Shown here: piece by piece, positions 58,118 through 64,000 of the stretch | Layout of the letters: every line of letters starts with the position of its first letter | Position numbering within the stretch: position 1 is the first letter of the stretch | From: Eledone cirrhosa | Lineage: Eukaryota | Direction: 5' to 3' | Assembly (NCBI GenBank): GCA_964016885.1 | Contig: OZ024751.1 | Location: forward strand, 18,972,001-19,036,000 | Length of the DNA: 64,000 nt | Made by a program: the position numbers and the translations under genes | The notes under the pieces: generated by a model | What the model saw: only the letters and a program-made list of their open reading frames with translations | The model's database searches: none | Told to the model about the DNA's origin: nothing

Positions 58118-58691
58118 CCAGATGCGTGTGTAGGAGAGGGTATATATATATATAGTGTGTGTACATATTACAGGAGTATCACATATTTTACGTCGGCATT
58201 CTAGAGAACGTTTTGACATAATGTCTCTACATGTATGTATGTATCTATGTATTTGTATATGCTTGAATGTATACATGTATGAATTTAAGTATGTGTGTAA
58301 GTATGTATGTGTATGTATATATAAATGTATGTATATGTATACATATTTGTTTAGTTGTATATGTATATGTATATTTGTGCGGATGAATGTGGATATATAT
58401 ATATATATATACATATATGTATATATGTGTATGTATATATGTACGAAGAAAGAGAAAGTAAAAGGAAGTAAAATGAAAGAAAAAAAACAATATAGATGGT
58501 GAGATATAATGCATATATTCATATCGTCCCTTTTTATATCATTGTTTGATATTAAACCTCTCTTCACCGGTTTCTACCTCTTTATTTTTTGTTCAATCTG
58601 ACATTTTCAAATACGTAAAATAACATTTATAAAAAACACAAACATTGAGACATTTTGTACCTCTGTTTTGTCGTTTCCTTGAACTATAAAT

Positions 58692-58793
<102 letters not shown>

Positions 58794-58861
58794 TGTGTAT
58801 GTGTATACAAAACATTAGTATATATAATATATAAACACATAATATACGCATATATATATAC

Positions 58862-58959
<98 letters not shown>

Positions 58960-59001
58960 ACAATATTAATATATATAATATATAAGCATATAATAGACGT
59001 G

Positions 59002-59033
<32 letters not shown>

Positions 59034-59130
59034 CAATATCAATATATATATATAATATAGGCATATATTATACATATATAGATATATATATGATATATGC
59101 ATATATCTCGGGAATTTTACCCGCCCTAGA

Positions 59131-59161
<31 letters not shown>

Positions 59162-59164
59162 CTT

Positions 59165-59370
59165 TAGTTTTATAGAAATGATCCTACTGGAGTAGAACTG
59201 CTTCATTTGTTACAAAATCGTCAGGATTATGTATGAGATAGTTTGCCATGTAGAAAGTATTTCTATGATAAATAAATAGGTAGATATCGATACTCTAATA
59301 ACGTAATGAGTATGGTTTTTTAACTGTGCTCACCTCCCAATATTCATTGTGAAATCACCTCTTATATATA
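59165..59370. mobile_element. Diverged family A relative
   Basis: Minus strand ATC-CTGACGA-TTTTGTAACAAAT-GAAG-CAGTTCTACTCCAG-TA-GGATC; the core is mutated. Confidence 0.5.
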
Positions 59371-59613
59371 AATATATGTAAACTAAGGTATATCAAATAA
59401 TATGTCATCTGAGAAACAAAGTACTCAATGCGTTTGCAGAATCACCTTTATCGTGGTTATTGGCAGTGTTCAAAATTTTAGAGTAACTAGTGGTTTCATG
59501 TATAACACACACACAAACAAACAAACGCATATATATATATATATCTATACACCTACACATATGTTTACATATATATATACACGGATATACGGAACTACAA
59601 ACAAAACGCACAG

Positions 59614-59690
<77 letters not shown>

Positions 59691-59760
59691 CATATGTTTA
59701 CATACACACATATATATAATTATATGTGTGTATGTATATGTATGCATATATATATATACA

Positions 59761-59862
<102 letters not shown>

Positions 59863-60055
59863 GTACGTATGTATGTATCTATCTATAAATTATACATTCC
59901 GACTTTAATAGCACGAAGTAAAAAACTTCCACCATACCATCGTACAATATCATTGTTGCTGCCGCCATATTGTTTGTGTCATCATCATCATCATCCTTGT
60001 CACCACCACCACTAATACAATCACCATCAACATCATCATCATCATCATCATCACC

Positions 60056-60096
<41 letters not shown>

Positions 60097-60219
60097 TATC
60101 ATCATTATCATCATCTTGATCATAATCCTTTTACTTGTTTATTTGTTATTGTTGCTGTTGTAGTTTTTGTTGTTTTGTGTGTGTTTGTTACCTGATGTGA
60201 TGGAGTGACTCTTTCTGTG

Positions 60220-60685
60220 ATGTTATGTATGTTATGTATGTATTGTTTGTATATATGTTTGATATATATTTGTTATATTTATTATGTATGTTATGTATGC
60301 ATTGTTTGTATATATGTTTGATATATATTTGTTATATTTATTATGTATGTTATGTATGTATTGTTTGTATATATGTTTGATATATATTTGTTATATTTAT
60401 TATGTATGTTATATATGTATTGTTTGTATATATGTTTGATATATATTTGTTATATTTATTATGTATGTTATGTATGTATTGTTTGTATATATGTTTGATA
60501 TATATTTGTTATATTTATTATGTATGTTATATATGCATTGTTTGTATATATGTTTGATATATATTTGTTATATTTATTATGTATGTTATGTTATGTATTG
60601 TTTGTATATATATTTGATATATATTTGTTATATTTATTATGTATGTTATGTATGTATTGTTTGTATATATGTTTCTTATGTATGT
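60220..60685. repeat. 59-bp low-complexity minisatellite (~8 copies)
   Basis: ATTGTTTGTATATATGTTTGATATATATTTGTTATATTTATT recurs every 59 bp. Confidence 0.9.
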
Positions 60686-60882
60686 ATGTAATCTTTCCAT
60701 ATATATTTCTCATGTATATTATGTATGTATTGTTTAAATATATGTTTGTTATGTATGTATATTATGTATGTAATGTTTATATTTATGTTGTGCTTGTACC
60801 GTTTTTATATGTGTTTCTTTTACGTTATATATAACTATGTTTATGTATTTGTTACGTACGTTATGTTGGTTGTATATTACAT

Positions 60883-60954
<72 letters not shown>

Positions 60955-60957
60955 CAT

Positions 60958-61014
<57 letters not shown>

Positions 61015-61017
61015 CAT

Positions 61018-61061
<44 letters not shown>

Positions 61062-61223
61062 GTGCATACATATATATATATATATATACATGTGTATATA
61101 TATGTATATATATGTATATATACATATATATGTACATGTATATGCATATATCCATGTATATATATATACATGTATATATATACACGTATATATATATATA
61201 TATATACATACATATATATATAC

Positions 61224-61267
<44 letters not shown>

Positions 61268-61329
61268 CATGTGTATATATATACATGTATATATATATAC
61301 TTGTATATATATATATATACATGTATATT

Positions 61330-61503
<174 letters not shown>

Positions 61504-62249
61504 CATGGATATATATATATATATATATAATACATATATATATATATATATATGTTATGTTATTTGTATGTTTGTCTTTGTTTGTCTCTTGTGGTTGTAC
61601 TTTCTTTATTTCTTTCTTTTTCCCTTCTGATTTATTTATTATTCCCGAGGACCTAGAATCCATTAACCGATTTCAGAAAAATTATTGATTTTTGACATAT
61701 TGTTTTTTATTTGTAGTTTTATTTATTTATATAGTTTTTGCTGTTGTTTTAGCTATTGTTGCCTCTTACTTTTCTATCTTTTATATGCTTATTTTATATA
61801 TATATATATTTTTTTTTTTTTTTGGGGGGGGGGGTTGTGTGTGTTTTGATTATCCACAGACAGACACAGACAGGGATACATATATACATACATATATATA
61901 CATACATACATATATATATACATACAAACATACATACATATATACATACATATATATATATACATACAAACATATATACAAACATACATACATACATACA
62001 TACATACATACATACACACATACATACATACATACATACATACAAACATATATACATACATACATATATACATATATACATACATACATTCATATATACG
62101 TACACACACATACACACATATACTCACACTAAATACACACACACTCACATAGACAATTTATACAAACAGATATATTCAGATTAAATACACACACATACAC
62201 ACATAGACTCATGTAGACACACATATACAAACACATACACGCACTAACT

Positions 62250-62292
<43 letters not shown>

Positions 62293-63201
62293 TACGTAGA
62301 CAATCACAAACTTCATTCATTCCATCACTACCAACCCAAACATATACAAACACATATATCCAGATACACAAATACACACACTCTCATACACTCTCTCACA
62401 CACACACACACTCTCATACATTCTCACACACTGTCACACACACATACTCAAAGACACACACTCATACACATTAGCCATTCCATCACTACCAACCCCCAGC
62501 ATATATACACATAGTCATAGAGATACACATATACACATATATACACATATATATATATATATATACACATATGCCCATACTAAATACTCACGCACACACA
62601 TATACAGACTCACAGACATACACACACTTTATCCATTCCATCACTATATACACACACAGACATAGAGATATACATATACACACGTATACACACATATATA
62701 TACATGTATACGCACATGTACCCATACTAAATACACACACTCACGCACACATAGATACATACATACACACATTTATCCATTCCACCACTAAACCCACCAT
62801 ATACAGATATATACATAGAGATATAGATATAGATACATACACACAGATGTGCACATATAATCACACATACACACATAGACACACATATACACACATACAC
62901 ACCCATATACACATATATACACGCATATAAACACACACACTCATAGACACACACACACACACACAGACCTTATCCATTCCATCACCACTAAACCCGCCAT
63001 ATACAAATATATACATAGATATATATATATATACACACAGATATACACACATATAAACACACACACACATAGACACACACATAGACACACACACACACAC
63101 ACATAGACACACACACACACGCTTACACACACACACACACACACCTTATATATTCCATCACTACCAAACCCACCATATAAGACTCAGACTTACTTATACG
63201 A

Positions 63202-63263
<62 letters not shown>

Positions 63264-63276
63264 AATATATATATAC

Positions 63277-63357
<81 letters not shown>

Positions 63358-63446
63358 TATCTATATACATATATATATGTGTATACACACACACACACAT
63401 ATATATATTTATATATTTATATATAAACATATATATATATATATAA

Positions 63447-63538
<92 letters not shown>

Positions 63539-63621
63539 AACAAAAGTTAAAAACAGATAAAATAACAATAATAATGACAATAATGAAGACGATGATAGTG
63601 ATGTTGATGACGACGATGATG

Positions 63622-63665
<44 letters not shown>

Positions 63666-64000
63666 GAAATCAAAGAACAACAATACTAATAACAACAACT
63701 ACAACAACAACAACAACAACAGTAATAACAATAACAATAATCTCTGAACTCTAACGAAGGATTTCCTGAAATTAACGTTTTGACTTATAAAAGAATGTCA
63801 AACCACCCGCCGCCGTCGCCACCACCACTACCACCACCACCACCGTCGTCGTCAACACCACCACCACCACCACCAACACTATCACGACATTCACTCTTTC
63901 TATTTGTCTCCTCTTCCTTCTCCGCCACCTCCTGGCACTACGAATAGTTCTTTGAAAAATCCCATTATCCAAAAACTGCAGGTTTACTGTTTTAATGGTA

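Overview
This is an AT-rich eukaryotic window dominated by microsatellites (TA, CA, GA, GGT, CAA, CTA, TACA), with one 200-N gap. The SINE repertoire and repeat landscape suggest an octopus or other coleoid cephalopod (inference). I found no intact host protein-coding gene, and almost all ORFs in the track are translations of simple repeats. The real coding remnants are all retroelements: a frameshifted Penelope-like element (PLE; RT with YRDD plus GIY-YIG endonuclease, ~49156-52770), 3' ends of RLE-type (R4/Dong-like) LINEs and RTE-type zinc-finger tails. The main hidden structure is a set of about ten unrelated non-coding families that carry type I hammerhead ribozyme (HHR) motifs. Most sit in (TA)n tracts, and most are fold-back (inverted-arm) insertions. 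They include a near-identical 558-bp HHR tandem array with a terminal inversion (37166-40850) that resembles a retrozyme or circular-RNA concatemer. The PLE has the same architecture and is a plausible type of mobilising partner. All structures were read by eye; none was computed or searched.
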